A stretch of DNA of 64,000 nucleotides from a virus. The notes beneath the pieces are model-generated. The model saw only the letters and a program-made list of their open reading frames with translations, made no database searches and was not told the origin of the DNA. Position 1 is the stretch's first letter, and every line of letters starts with the position of its first letter. The position numbers were made by a program, and so were the translations under genes. The DNA is taken from IMG/VR virus record IMGVR_UViG_3300036770_004732, positions 32,001 through 96,000 of that record, one strand, 5' to 3'. This document shows positions 46,928-59,648 of the stretch, piece after piece.

Positions 46928-47356
46928 TTATTGGTGCTTTTGTAGGTATTTAATCATTTCTTCTAAAAGATTTGCATTGTCTCCAACTTGACCCAGAACC
47001 ATATTACAATTTCTACAAAGCAATTGCCTAACTTTACCTGTCTTATGGTCGTGGTCTACACACAATTTCTTCCATTTACCATCACCTTCACCTTTACAAA
47101 TAGCACAAACTCCATTCTGGTTCTTATACATTTCCTGATGTTCTTGAAGAGTTATACCATAATTCCTCTTCAAGTCATTATTTCGTGTTCGTTCTGGATT
47201 TGCTTGATGTCTTGCTTTTACTCTTGCCTTATCACATTCTTTACAAGCAGAGTGCCTCCTACCTGTTTTCTTATCACGCATATAAAACTCTGTAATCTGC
47301 TTTTCAACACCACAGGTCATACAGGTTCTATACAGGTCGGAGTATAGTTTAGTCAT
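46928..47356 (-). CDS. Free-standing endonuclease VII-type homing endonuclease downstream of psbA (F-CphI-like)
   Basis: LKRNYGIT...Q...CAIC...VDHDHKTGKVR.LLC..CN..LG, plus an N-terminal CxxC/CxxC zinc finger and its own late promoter. Confidence 0.85.
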   Translation of the reverse strand: MTKLYSDLYRTCMTCGVEKQITEFYMRDKKTGRRHSACKECDKARVKARHQANPERTRNNDLKRNYGITLQEHQEMYKNQNGVCAICKGEGDGKWKKLCVDHDHKTGKVRQLLCRNCNMVLGQVGDNANLLEEMIKYLQKHQ

Positions 47357-47380
47357 TTCGTGCTTTCTTTCGTGCTTAAA

Positions 47381-47414
47381 TATTTATAAAAAAAGGAACT
47401 CCGAAGAGTTCCCC
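47381..47414 (-). terminator. psbA terminator (cUUCGg hairpin) running into a TATAAATA late promoter for the endonuclease
   Basis: GGAACTC-TTCG-GAGTTCC-TTTTTT-TATAAATA on the minus strand. Confidence 0.85.
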
Positions 47415-47423
47415 TTTATTATA

Positions 47424-50301
<2,878 letters not shown>

Positions 50302-50324
50302 TTTACTTTAAAAAGAAATAAGTA

Positions 50325-50425
50325 TGAGTATAGGGATTACTCGTTTACTGATTTCCTTCACTACCCTCAAGTGAAGGTAAGATGAGGGATGCTTTACTTC
50401 TCATGATCCCGGTTAGAGAAGACAA
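50325..50425 (-). ncRNA. Structured psbA 5' leader (PhotoRC-II-like RNA motif)
   Basis: Hairpins TTCTC/GAGAA, CCTTCAC/GTGAAGG and GAGTA/TACTC, and a possible CCCTCA/TGAGGG pseudoknot; cyanophage psbA leader context. Confidence 0.55.
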
Positions 50426-50434
50426 CGTTAAGAT

Positions 50435-50495
50435 TCTGTAACAGTTCTTAACTTGTTGTTGTATTTATCATAACACTGTTAGGAAATTCTGTCAA
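50435..50495 (-). promoter_or_regulatory. psbA promoter (sigma70 plus overlapping late box) with an HLR1-like RpaB site
   Basis: TTGACA (50495-50490)-17-TATGAT (50472-50467) overlapping ATAAATA; GTTAAGAA-CT-GTTACAGA at 50452-50435. Confidence 0.65.
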
Positions 50496-50570
50496 TAGAT
50501 TCAATTTGGAAAAAGAGAGATAATAAATAAGAACCTTTTTACTAAATATTTTGTGTTATAAGTACCACTA

Positions 50571-50684
50571 ATGTCCAAGTCACCCAATAAAGGAAAGAAG
50601 GGTTCTGCTGGTGGAAAGCAATCCAAACAAAATCAAGGTAATGCGACTGCGAAAAAGGCAAAGAATGGAGGTAAGAAAAAATGA
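50571..50684 (+). CDS. Small Lys/Gly-rich basic peptide
   Basis: MSKSPNKGKKGSAGGKQSKQNQGNATAKKAKNGGKKK; ATGA overlap with the next ORF. Confidence 0.55.
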   Translation: MSKSPNKGKKGSAGGKQSKQNQGNATAKKAKNGGKKK

Positions 50685-50893
50685 TGCCTTTACTTCTTGC
50701 TTCGATTTACACAGCAACTCCATTAGGACCAGGAACTGTTCCTTATTTTGGAAGGCAATGTGATCGTATTCGTATCTATGATAAGTCATTAGATAAGAAT
50801 TGGATACTGTGTATCAATGGTGTCTATGAGTTTCCTAAAAAAGGAAAACCAGTAGACAGAAGTTTACCTCAACATAAAACACCATTGATATGA
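50681..50893 (+). CDS. Hypothetical protein
   Basis: ORF track; part of a plus-strand run of small ORFs. Confidence 0.5.
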   Translation: MMPLLLASIYTATPLGPGTVPYFGRQCDRIRIYDKSLDKNWILCINGVYEFPKKGKPVDRSLPQHKTPLI

Positions 50894-50899
50894 GGTTTT

Positions 50900-51091
50900 A
50901 TGCCACGAGAATGGAATACTCCACATCGTGAAAAGTGGAATGCTCCTATACACCAAATTCTAAAAGCAATTGATAATCACACTCACGAATACTTCAAGAG
51001 TGGTGATTTGTGGCATCTAGAAAAAGCAGATATATTAAGAAAATACTTAGACGAATTAAAAACCTGGATTCATAAAGAAGAAGGAAGATGA
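50900..51091 (+). CDS. Conserved cyanophage hypothetical protein
   Basis: MPREWNTP.RE.WN.PIH..LKAIDNH, with a GAGG RBS. Confidence 0.65.
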   Translation: MPREWNTPHREKWNAPIHQILKAIDNHTHEYFKSGDLWHLEKADILRKYLDELKTWIHKEEGR

Positions 51092-51202
51092 ATGAAGTAG
51101 TTTGGTCAGTAATTATTATGCTGAGTGTTGGAATGATTGGCGTAGGTTGGATAATTTATAAAATATTATGGATTGCAAATCAAGAATTAAAGGAAAAAGA
51201 AA

Positions 51203-51448
51203 ATGAAAGGTCTCAAATTACTTGATAAGCTAATTGTTTTGATTGTTGTTGGTACAGTTGGTTATGTTGGTGTAACTTTTGCCAATTGCAACTTTATGAT
51301 TCCAGGTTCTATGGAAAGAGCAGATGCATTGGGAGGTTTAGTAAATCCTCCACCCTTAGACTGTAAGGAGTCTGAGAGTAGAGGATATAATGCTTTGTTT
51401 ACTTTATTTACGGCATTGCTTGGACTAAAAGCAAAGATGGAAGATTAG
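51203..51448 (+). CDS. Small two-TM membrane protein (holin candidate)
   Basis: Two hydrophobic helices; converges on the endolysin gene. Confidence 0.45.
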   Translation: MKGLKLLDKLIVLIVVGTVGYVGVTFANCNFMIPGSMERADALGGLVNPPPLDCKESESRGYNALFTLFTALLGLKAKMED

Positions 51449-51521
51449 TCCTGATATTCTTGAATCTCAAAAGGTGCCTAAAAGACACCCCTTCTACCTA
51501 TAATGCGACCTACAGGCATTT

Positions 51522-52157
51522 TTATTTATTCAGTTTATTAAGACCTTCCGTCCACAATTTCCCTTCAGCAATTCTCCTTCTCCTCAATCCTACCTCAACT
51601 TTTGTTCCGGGATTTCTATAAAGTTCTAATGTTTTGGGAATTGCTTTCCAATCCTTTTCTCTTAAGTTTTTAGAAATAGTATTGAAACCATCGGCATTAT
51701 AAAAACCGGCACCTAAATTATATGCGAATGATAATAAACTTCCTCTCATTTCATCATTCATTTCATTCCAATAAGGAATTTTTTGAAGAGCAGAAAGAAA
51801 TTCTTTTTTTAATTGAAAATACAAAAGATCGTCTGCTTCTTCCTGAGTGATCTTATTTCCAATTAAAAACCTTGATCCATCTTTTCTACGAGTGCTTCCC
51901 CAACCGATAGTGATTGGAAGTCCACCAGTTAAGGGGTCATAATATGCTTTGAGATGGCATCCCTCAAACTCTTTGATTAATTTAATACCTGATTCTGAAA
52001 GACCTTCAAAAGTTGGTTCTACTTTTTGATTTCTGAAGCGTCTTGCAAACTCATCAAGAACTTCTTTATGAACAGTCGCTTGAAGAAATTCCCAAGCATC
52101 AATTTGATGTGGAAGATCTTTATGATGTTTTACAGCGTCAATAAATTTGATAGTCAT
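51522..52157 (-). CDS. Endolysin, GH24 lysozyme
   Basis: LIKEFEG...AY.D......TIGWG.T catalytic motif, SFAYNLG and GL.RRR.AE..LW. Confidence 0.92.
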   Translation of the reverse strand: MTIKFIDAVKHHKDLPHQIDAWEFLQATVHKEVLDEFARRFRNQKVEPTFEGLSESGIKLIKEFEGCHLKAYYDPLTGGLPITIGWGSTRRKDGSRFLIGNKITQEEADDLLYFQLKKEFLSALQKIPYWNEMNDEMRGSLLSFAYNLGAGFYNADGFNTISKNLREKDWKAIPKTLELYRNPGTKVEVGLRRRRIAEGKLWTEGLNKLNK

Positions 52158-52858
52158 GAAAAAATTCTACCCCAACCAGTTTTATCCTTATTTTTCTCTA
52201 ACCAACGATATTTAAGAACTTCAACAGGATAAACGACACCTTTACCTTTATTTACTGGTGTAGTATATCCCGTCATTAAATCCCCATATGGATCATTACA
52301 GATATAAGATTTTCCATCAAGACCTTTTCCTATTACACAAAGCATATGCCCACCAGTAGGTGCAGATAAAGGACCGCGATGAAGGATCCCGATAACAACA
52401 GGTCTCCCAGCGGCAAGCTCCCTATCAAGATCAGCAAAAGTAAGATTGTAACTAAATCGTGACTTAATACCATAACCTTGTAGAACACGGGTCTGAACCG
52501 CGTGATCTGTCGTATCACCGATTGTAAATACTTTGCGAATGTAAGAATCATCACCCTTAGGCCCCTGAAGTGTTCCTGGTTTAAAATACTCTAAACACAT
52601 TGCACAGGCAGATGAGTTGCAGGTTCTCTGTGCGTCTCTATAATTATCTGTCTGTGGAAACCAAGGAAAGTTTGGAAGAATGTTTGATTTTGGATGTTCT
52701 ACTTTTGAGCGATAGACCTTCACCCACTCAGAATCATCCTGCATAAACGTGTTAGGCAGAGTATCCTCAAGAATCTGAACTGCTCTAACGTGATTTGGAT
52801 TTTTTTCGTCGTAAAATTTAAAAAAGTTATGAAGATCTATTTTCATCTTTGTTCTCAA
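52154..52858 (-). CDS. C39-like cysteine peptidase (probable cell-wall amidase)
   Basis: Q.DN....RTCNSSACAM, GGH..CV.G and NDPYG. Confidence 0.8.
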   Translation of the reverse strand: MRTKMKIDLHNFFKFYDEKNPNHVRAVQILEDTLPNTFMQDDSEWVKVYRSKVEHPKSNILPNFPWFPQTDNYRDAQRTCNSSACAMCLEYFKPGTLQGPKGDDSYIRKVFTIGDTTDHAVQTRVLQGYGIKSRFSYNLTFADLDRELAAGRPVVIGILHRGPLSAPTGGHMLCVIGKGLDGKSYICNDPYGDLMTGYTTPVNKGKGVVYPVEVLKYRWLEKNKDKTGWGRIFS

Positions 52859-53199
52859 TAAAATCCTATTTATCTAGCATACTCTTCTATTTTGTCCAAT
52901 ACTTTGTTAAGATACAAATGAGCAAGTCCTTTAGGATCTGATACCCGAGTTGTGTCTTGATCTAATTGATGCTTATAAGTCAACAATATTCTCTTCATTT
53001 CTTCTTTCGTCAAACTTCCTCTTGGCATATATTAAAAAACTCTACCTTATTTAGAAGACAGAGTAAATATATTTACTTTTTAACATAAACTGGTTGAAGT
53101 TTTCCACCACTTTGATCGTCATCATCAGGTGGTTGTGATAATTTCCATAAAATCAAAACAACCCACAAAACTAAAAGTATTTGTGGTAAAGAAATCATC

Positions 53200-53319
53200 T
53201 CACCATACTCCCGGAATAATTTGCCCGCTGACCAAATAAGCACCAACAGCGGCAACGAATCCAATCATCGCGGCACGTCCATTCAGGCGCTCTGCTGCTT
53301 CAGTAAAAATTTTGTCCAT
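53200..53319 (-). CDS. hli: High-light-inducible protein
   Basis: Manual translation MDKIFTEAAERLNGRAAMIGFVAAVGAYLVSGQIIPGVW, containing ExxNGRxAMxG. Confidence 0.92.
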   Translation of the reverse strand: MDKIFTEAAERLNGRAAMIGFVAAVGAYLVSGQIIPGVW

Positions 53320-53330
53320 TGTTTTTCTCC

Positions 53331-53417
53331 TTAATAAGTTTCAGAAAGTTTGTTTACAGAGTGTGCGAGAAGCACAAAGAAAGTAATGCTTGTAAGTGTA
53401 AAAACTAATTCAGTCAT
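53331..53417 (-). CDS. Small hydrophobic peptide between the hli genes
   Basis: MTELVFTLTSITFFVLLAHSVNKLSETY; TGATG overlap with the upstream hli. Confidence 0.5.
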   Translation of the reverse strand: MTELVFTLTSITFFVLLAHSVNKLSETY

Positions 53418-53611
53418 CAGAAAATGCCGAAGAAGAACTTACCAGTTGCTGCATAGGAAATAAATCCGGCAATAATTCCCATCATTGCCCAGCGTCCATT
53501 GTAAGTCTCCTTAATTTCGTTAGGGGAATACATACCGTAGTTTTCATAATACATCGTGGGTTCTTTAGCAAACATATTTTGCTGACCCCTCTCATTGGTT
53601 GTGACCGTCAT
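53417..53611 (-). CDS. hli: High-light-inducible protein
   Basis: N.FAKEP.MY and E..NGRWAM.G...G...Y..TG..FFGIF. Confidence 0.92.
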   Translation of the reverse strand: MTVTTNERGQQNMFAKEPTMYYENYGMYSPNEIKETYNGRWAMMGIIAGFISYAATGKFFFGIF

Positions 53612-53620
53612 TTTTGTTTT

Positions 53621-53667
53621 ATTAAGAACTGTTACATAATTATATAGGAAATGTTAAGGAAAGTCAA
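53621..53667 (-). promoter_or_regulatory. hli promoter with an HLR1-like site over the transcription start
   Basis: TTGACT-17-TATAAT; ATTAAGAA-CT-GTTACATA at 53621-53638. Confidence 0.65.
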
Positions 53668-53705
53668 GGATTTTTGTTGGGGTCTCCTAACATTAATGAG
53701 TATTT

Positions 53706-54512
53706 TTACTTGCCTTCCCAACCTGGTGGAAGTGTCCCATAATAAGGATCATATTCAAATATTTTATTCCAATCTTCTACATTGGTTGCATCAACTTTCC
53801 AAAAATTCCATAAACTTTCATATGTGTTTTTATGAAAAGTATCAATATGATCAGTATGAATAGATGATCCCAATTCAATCTTATAAAGAAACAATGGAAT
53901 TGCAAAAGTATTTCCAGAGTTATAAATCAAGTCATCGGCAACTGCTCTTGGTTTAACTCCGTTATCAATTTTATATTTTTCACCACGAACATGAAGATTA
54001 ATTAATTTTTGTGCATGATGTCGTGTAATTAAATAACATGCAGTAGAAAAATCATTCACAAATCTACGATGAAGATTTAAATGAACTGGAGTAGTGCTAA
54101 TAATTGCAAGTTGAACTACATCATAAGCATATGGGACTTTTCCATAAAAATCCTTCCAAGTGAAAGGCCAATACTGAACTGTACTTAAATCACAGTCATC
54201 TTCCATGATTAAAGCACAAGGATCATTAGTATTTTCCAAAAAATGACATATTGCTTTAAGATGTGAAGTGGTACATCCAACTTCACCAGAACTCATATTA
54301 TCTGGATATCTACCCTTCAAAATATCTCCAAGATCATTACCATCTCTACCATCATAAGCAGAAATTCTTGTGTAATTTTCTATTTCCCAATATTTAAATT
54401 GGTCTTCCATGTATTGCTTTCTTTCTGGTTGACCATCTATATTCAAATAATAAATGGGTGGAAGACCTTTAAGTTTGTATGTAGATTTGTTTTTATCCAT
54501 CATCTTATGCAA
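53706..54512 (-). CDS. GT25-like glycosyltransferase
   Basis: YYLN.D...ER, RISA.DG, GEVGC..SHL and IMEDD. Confidence 0.85.
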   Translation of the reverse strand: MHKMMDKNKSTYKLKGLPPIYYLNIDGQPERKQYMEDQFKYWEIENYTRISAYDGRDGNDLGDILKGRYPDNMSSGEVGCTTSHLKAICHFLENTNDPCALIMEDDCDLSTVQYWPFTWKDFYGKVPYAYDVVQLAIISTTPVHLNLHRRFVNDFSTACYLITRHHAQKLINLHVRGEKYKIDNGVKPRAVADDLIYNSGNTFAIPLFLYKIELGSSIHTDHIDTFHKNTYESLWNFWKVDATNVEDWNKIFEYDPYYGTLPPGWEGK

Positions 54513-55278
54513 AAGAGTTTAATATGAAATAAAGAACTTCTACTTTTTTAGACTTTTCAGATGTATTATAATTATTATGCCAAGAGCAAGCGTTCCTAAA
54601 GTGTAGGAACTTCTGATCTAAATGAAGTTCAAATCCATATCCATCATCATTTTCAAGTAAATTTATACCATTAAAAGTATCAGGATACTCTACTTCCGAT
54701 GGTTTAAATGCCAACTCTTTAAGAAGGAAATAAGTTCCCCCTCCGGTATCAAGTTGCTCACCTTCAATAGTACAAGGAAGAAAGTTAAATGAAATATTTT
54801 TAACCTTAGAAATATTCAGAATAGTAAGACCTGGCCAAACATAATTAATATGTCCTCTTGATTGAGAACAACCAGAGATATCAAATCCTTCCATATATTC
54901 TTCAAGATTGAATTCATCAATCAAAAACATATCATGATCAACAAGAAGAACATAGTCGTTAAGACATTTTTTTATCATCACATTTTCATATGCCCATGTA
55001 ACAGATAAACCATGATAAAAACTTGGACTTAAATTATCTTCAGACTTATGTGAGTAAAAAGACACTTTCTCTTCCTCACACAGTTGTTTAAATTGATTTA
55101 AATACTTATCATCCCTATAATCACAGACTGCATTGAATTGATATTCACCAACAAAATATTTTTTAAAAAACTCTATCTGTTTTTTAAACAGATCTGGTCT
55201 ATTAAATACAAAGATAAAAATCTGTGTCTTCATAATTGTGCAGAAATCCAATTTTCGAGTTTCATAGTAGGTTCCCAA
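54505..55278 (-). CDS. Putative GT-A glycosyltransferase
   Basis: FNRPD, LLVDHDMF (DxD) and DTGG; probable start near 55233. Confidence 0.6.
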   Translation of the reverse strand: MGTYYETRKLDFCTIMKTQIFIFVFNRPDLFKKQIEFFKKYFVGEYQFNAVCDYRDDKYLNQFKQLCEEEKVSFYSHKSEDNLSPSFYHGLSVTWAYENVMIKKCLNDYVLLVDHDMFLIDEFNLEEYMEGFDISGCSQSRGHINYVWPGLTILNISKVKNISFNFLPCTIEGEQLDTGGGTYFLLKELAFKPSEVEYPDTFNGINLLENDDGYGFELHLDQKFLHFRNACSWHNNYNTSEKSKKVEVLYFILNSFA

Positions 55279-56129
55279 CCAAAAGTCTTACGAAGTTTTT
55301 GATTATTAGCAAGACTAACTCTTGCTTCTCCTGGACGCGGAGCAATATTTACAGTATGATTAGAAATCATTTTTGCAATTTGATTAACTGAATAATTTGT
55401 TCCAGTGCCAACATTATAAAGTTGTCCAAAAGCATTATCATCAACTTCTCGGATTGCTGCCAAAATATTCGCTTGGCAAACATCTCCAACATAAGTAAAA
55501 TCTCTACGCTGATTTCCATCACCAACAATCGTCAGAGGTTCATTATCTCCTCTTTGGCGTAGAAAAATTCCAATTACAGGAGCATATTGACCCTTAAGAG
55601 GTTGACGCTCACCATAGACATTAAAATATCTAAAAGCAATGGTTGGAAGTCCATAAAGTCTTGTATACATTTTACAAAGTTTTTCGCCATTGACTTTTGA
55701 AACTGAATAAGGATTCAAACAATCATCAATTTGAGTCTCAACATTTGGAGGTTCATTCATTCCATACCCTGAAGATGTGGAAGAATAGATTACGCGCTTT
55801 ACACCTGCTTCACGAGCACATTGAAGAACAGTTACCGTACCAACCGAGTTAATACTTACTGCTTCAATAGGATTATGAATTGCTGGTTGAATTCGTGCTT
55901 CTGCAGCAATATGAAAAACATAATCTACACCATCATAAAGAGGGCGAGTGTTTTTATAGTCACGAATATCATACTTATAATTTTGTGCTTTATCGTTCCA
56001 ATAAAAGTGATCATGAACATCAGAATATTCATTATCAATCACAACAACTTCATGTCCAAGATCAATCAAACGATCAACAAGATTGGAACCGATAAATCCA
56101 GCACCACCAGTAACTAGTGATTTAGTCAT
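55230..56129 (-). CDS. NAD-dependent nucleotide-sugar epimerase/dehydratase
   Basis: VTGGAGFIGS, YSVSK (YxxxK), RYFNVYG and RDFTYV.D. Confidence 0.93.
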   Translation of the reverse strand: MTKSLVTGGAGFIGSNLVDRLIDLGHEVVVIDNEYSDVHDHFYWNDKAQNYKYDIRDYKNTRPLYDGVDYVFHIAAEARIQPAIHNPIEAVSINSVGTVTVLQCAREAGVKRVIYSSTSSGYGMNEPPNVETQIDDCLNPYSVSKVNGEKLCKMYTRLYGLPTIAFRYFNVYGERQPLKGQYAPVIGIFLRQRGDNEPLTIVGDGNQRRDFTYVGDVCQANILAAIREVDDNAFGQLYNVGTGTNYSVNQIAKMISNHTVNIAPRPGEARVSLANNQKLRKTFGWEPTMKLENWISAQL

Positions 56130-56770
56130 ACAACTCTCTCAGGTAAAAAATAGTTTTTATTGTAATTAAAGCATTCTTCAGTCGGATAACTTGTCAATGG
56201 ATTCACAGTTCCATGATATCCACTTGTTTGATAGAAGAATGGATCATCAAAAGTATAGACATTAAACCAACGCTGTATCTCAGCAAATCCAATGTCTTGA
56301 TAATCTTCAATTATGTATCCAGCGTGATACGTTATCCTTTGGCACATTCTAACATACTCATCAGTTAGATACAAGACTGAATGTCCACCCAACATATTAT
56401 AAGTTCGATACAGATCATCCTTTATATGCTCATATTGAACATATGGTCCAGAATGACCGTTCATTCTCCCCCAAGATGAAATACCAAGATAAACAGCATC
56501 AGCATCATCAGGAACTTCAATCTCTGGACGGAAGTTCTTGATCATACAATCATCTTCAAAAAGAATGAATGGTGGATCAATCTCAGATAATCCCTTATGG
56601 TGAGCAGCAGAGCATCCAGCAACAGGACGATCAGGGCGAGGAACACCCTCTACACGAATAATAGTCTTGAACCCACACTCTTTAAGAATATTTTGCATAT
56701 TCTCGTTCTTTTCAGTGTGCTGTTCAAGATTCATATAAACAGCAGGAATTTCTCTAAGATCTAAGTTCAT
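56126..56770 (-). CDS. GT25-like glycosyltransferase
   Basis: YMNL, GC..AH, LFEDD and D..YLG. Confidence 0.7.
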   Translation of the reverse strand: MNLDLREIPAVYMNLEQHTEKNENMQNILKECGFKTIIRVEGVPRPDRPVAGCSAAHHKGLSEIDPPFILFEDDCMIKNFRPEIEVPDDADAVYLGISSWGRMNGHSGPYVQYEHIKDDLYRTYNMLGGHSVLYLTDEYVRMCQRITYHAGYIIEDYQDIGFAEIQRWFNVYTFDDPFFYQTSGYHGTVNPLTSYPTEECFNYNKNYFLPERVV

Positions 56771-57482
56771 TGTGATTCTTTTTCAAAGCAATAATTTTTG
56801 GTTCATAAGGATACTGAGGATTATTCATTTGCTCCTCAGCGAAACAGTATGAAGGAGTTAGACTCAATGTAGGTGGGTTATCAATTAGATAACGATTCAT
56901 TTGAGATTCATCGTGCCAAAGTGCAATCACATTATTTTCAAGATCCTTTGTTACACGATCAGCAAGAACTTCTGCCATTTCAAGAAATCTTTTGGTAGAA
57001 CCACCGTTGAACCCACCAGCATAATAATGCTCACCTTCTTCACCCACAGGAACATATGCTAACGATTTTGGATTTCTATCATAAGATCTTTCTTCCTTTG
57101 GATAGAAAGATTGATATGGGTGCATTGTTGCGACCAAATCACTCAAAACTTCATCACCAACTTTATCAACAAGACCCATATCTACATCGAAGTAGAAGCA
57201 GTAATCAAACTGAGAGATAAACTCCTTCTCCTTTACAAAGTAATTGTATCTTTTTAAAGTCGGCATTGGCCAGGGTTCGTGTTCGATCTGACAAACTCTT
57301 ACATTATCAGATGTTTCTACTTCATGGTCTGTAAAAAATAGACATTCAATGTCATGCCCGTTGAGGAAGTTTTCTTCGATATTATCAAGAAGTCTCTCAA
57401 CAAACTGAATATACTTATTTGTTGCGATTGTTAAAATACAGATTTTCATTTTTGAACCAAAATCCAAGTTTGCGATTGGCAA
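56754..57482 (-). CDS. GT6 (ABO/alpha-1,3-Gal(NAc) transferase family) glycosyltransferase
   Basis: IATNKY, FTD, PWP..TL.R, FDVD, H..Y.YDRNPKS.AY, YYAGGF.GG and WHDES..N.Y. Confidence 0.9.
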   Translation of the reverse strand: MPIANLDFGSKMKICILTIATNKYIQFVERLLDNIEENFLNGHDIECLFFTDHEVETSDNVRVCQIEHEPWPMPTLKRYNYFVKEKEFISQFDYCFYFDVDMGLVDKVGDEVLSDLVATMHPYQSFYPKEERSYDRNPKSLAYVPVGEEGEHYYAGGFNGGSTKRFLEMAEVLADRVTKDLENNVIALWHDESQMNRYLIDNPPTLSLTPSYCFAEEQMNNPQYPYEPKIIALKKNHNELRS

Positions 57483-58156
57483 TGTTCTACATTTTCAATT
57501 ATATCATTAGTCATAACATCTCTAGTGTTTGGCCAACCAAAATGCGTAAAGATATGATTAATGTATGATAAATTTCCCCAATATCCACATTCAAGAACAT
57601 TAAATCCAACACTTACACTCAAAGAACAAAGTCCACTTGGAGTGATACCCCAAAAATGAAATGGAACTTGATGAGGAATATTAATTGTAGGAACAGTTGT
57701 ATAAAGATAACCACCAGGTTTAAGGTGATTATATAAATTTTTCATACTGACGAAAGGATTATACAAATGCTCCAAAGTTTGATTAAAAATAATCATATCA
57801 TAATCTTTATCATCTAGATTCATAGTATGAAGATCATATTTCTGGTCTATGAGATAATCACAAACTGTAATACTATCATACTCAATATGTTCCAATTCAC
57901 AATCGGTTGCACAAGTTGATAGTAATTTACCTACATGTTTTAAATTATATTTTTCAATCCATTCCTTATAGTCAAATAAAGATGCTAATCGCGGAAAGTC
58001 TGCAGGAAACCACCTTGCTTTTTCATCATCAGAAAGTTTATGATATTCATCATTTGCTTTTCTAAAGTATTCTTCAGGTTTAACAACATGCTTTTTATAA
58101 AGTTCGTCAATTTCATCAATCGACAAAAGGTTAACTTCAAAATAATGTTTTTTCAT
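57446..58156 (-). CDS. Class I SAM-dependent methyltransferase-like protein
   Basis: YD.II.NQTLEH..NPF and LKPGG.L...VP. Confidence 0.75.
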   Translation of the reverse strand: MKKHYFEVNLLSIDEIDELYKKHVVKPEEYFRKANDEYHKLSDDEKARWFPADFPRLASLFDYKEWIEKYNLKHVGKLLSTCATDCELEHIEYDSITVCDYLIDQKYDLHTMNLDDKDYDMIIFNQTLEHLYNPFVSMKNLYNHLKPGGYLYTTVPTINIPHQVPFHFWGITPSGLCSLSVSVGFNVLECGYWGNLSYINHIFTHFGWPNTRDVMTNDIIENVEHCQSQTWILVQK

Positions 58157-58767
58157 TTCTTTTTAATATAAAGTGCATCTCCCCAAGTATCTCCCTGCCA
58201 ACTTACTTCAACTCTTTTCATATTATATTCCAAAAGAAAATCATCTATTTCTTGTATATATGCATTATTTTCATAGACTTCATCACGGTTAACTTCACAG
58301 TAAACATAATCTATATACTCCAATGTTTTTTTTGCACCCTTTAAAACTTCCAGTTCATAACCTTGAACATCCATATTTAAAAAATTAAAATTTTTATAAT
58401 TATAACTATCTAATGTTTTTAGTTCTACACTTTCTTTTACATTAAAAGTAATATCTCTATATTGAGTTAAATGCTTTTTTGGTTTTAAAATAGAACTGCT
58501 CAACCCTTTATTACTACTAACATACATGTCAACAGTTCCTTCTGTAGAACCAAGAGCAACTTGATGTCCCCAAATATTAGCATTTAAATTGCGAACATTT
58601 CTTTCAAGAGTAGTAAAATTATTCACCAATGGTTCAAAAATTGCAATATTTTGAATTCCAGTTTCAACATATTCACAAATTTCTTCGCCAAAATGACCAC
58701 CAACGTGGATTATACCACTTATATCCATTTTGTAATTATTTTTTATTTGAGTAAAACTAATTAACAT
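58153..58767 (-). CDS. FkbM-family methyltransferase
   Basis: IHVGGH.GEE, FEP, SSS.L.P, TLD and LNMDVQGYEL.VLKG. Confidence 0.88.
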   Translation of the reverse strand: MLISFTQIKNNYKMDISGIIHVGGHFGEEICEYVETGIQNIAIFEPLVNNFTTLERNVRNLNANIWGHQVALGSTEGTVDMYVSSNKGLSSSILKPKKHLTQYRDITFNVKESVELKTLDSYNYKNFNFLNMDVQGYELEVLKGAKKTLEYIDYVYCEVNRDEVYENNAYIQEIDDFLLEYNMKRVEVSWQGDTWGDALYIKKK

Positions 58768-59648
58768 TTTTTACAAATCCTATTTGCTATAGTATTTAAA
58801 CATCCATCCCAGGTTAAGTATTTCTCATAAACTTGTTGCCCATAATCAATCATATCTTGATATTTACCACTCTCCAATAAGTCATCAACTTTCTTCGGAA
58901 TAGATTTGATTTGATCTTCATTAATTAATAAAGAAACTTTATCCCATTCAATAACATCACTAAATGGTAACCAAAATTCATCACTAATATAAATTGGAAT
59001 ACATTGCATCTGAATTGCCTCATACATTCTATAAGACGCTGGACCATACCCTCTAGGAGAAAGAGCAAAAACAGAATTATAGAGTATTTCTCTAAATTTT
59101 TGAGTTCTATTTGGATCGTGTGAATTGATAAAAAATTCATATCCATCCAAACCATTAAGACACTCATACATTTTTTTACGTATAGGGTGTGTTTCTACAC
59201 CCGCAAATCCTACTTTATTTTGTCTAATTTCCTTTGGTGTACCACTATGAGGATCGCACAAGAGTGGTATTGGTTCATATACTGAATTTTTACCAAGAGG
59301 AGAATTAAAATTCCCCGAAGACCCAAATATTAAACAATCATCTATTGGAATCAGTGTTCCACCATCATATTGAACGATAGTAAAAAACTTTTCATCTGGA
59401 TATTTTTGAATTACTCCATTACAAAAATCAACCAAAGGTTGAATATTTTGACCATATTCACCCCCAGGATTAATGTGCCAAGAAGTCCACTGAATCGGTA
59501 TATAAATGTAATCAGATTCTAATTCCATTTTAGTAGAAAAAAAGTTATATGCTCTTTCTTCTATCATAGGATTCCATCCCTGGTGGGGTGGATATACTAC
59601 CGGCATTTTGGGTAAAAATTTTTCTGGGGTATCTAAAATACGTATCAT
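58761..59648 (-). CDS. Exostosin-like (GT47) glycosyltransferase
   Basis: S.F.L.PRGYG..S.R.YEA....CIP.YISD...LPF...I.W. Confidence 0.85.
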   Translation of the reverse strand: MIRILDTPEKFLPKMPVVYPPHQGWNPMIEERAYNFFSTKMELESDYIYIPIQWTSWHINPGGEYGQNIQPLVDFCNGVIQKYPDEKFFTIVQYDGGTLIPIDDCLIFGSSGNFNSPLGKNSVYEPIPLLCDPHSGTPKEIRQNKVGFAGVETHPIRKKMYECLNGLDGYEFFINSHDPNRTQKFREILYNSVFALSPRGYGPASYRMYEAIQMQCIPIYISDEFWLPFSDVIEWDKVSLLINEDQIKSIPKKVDDLLESGKYQDMIDYGQQVYEKYLTWDGCLNTIANRICKKC

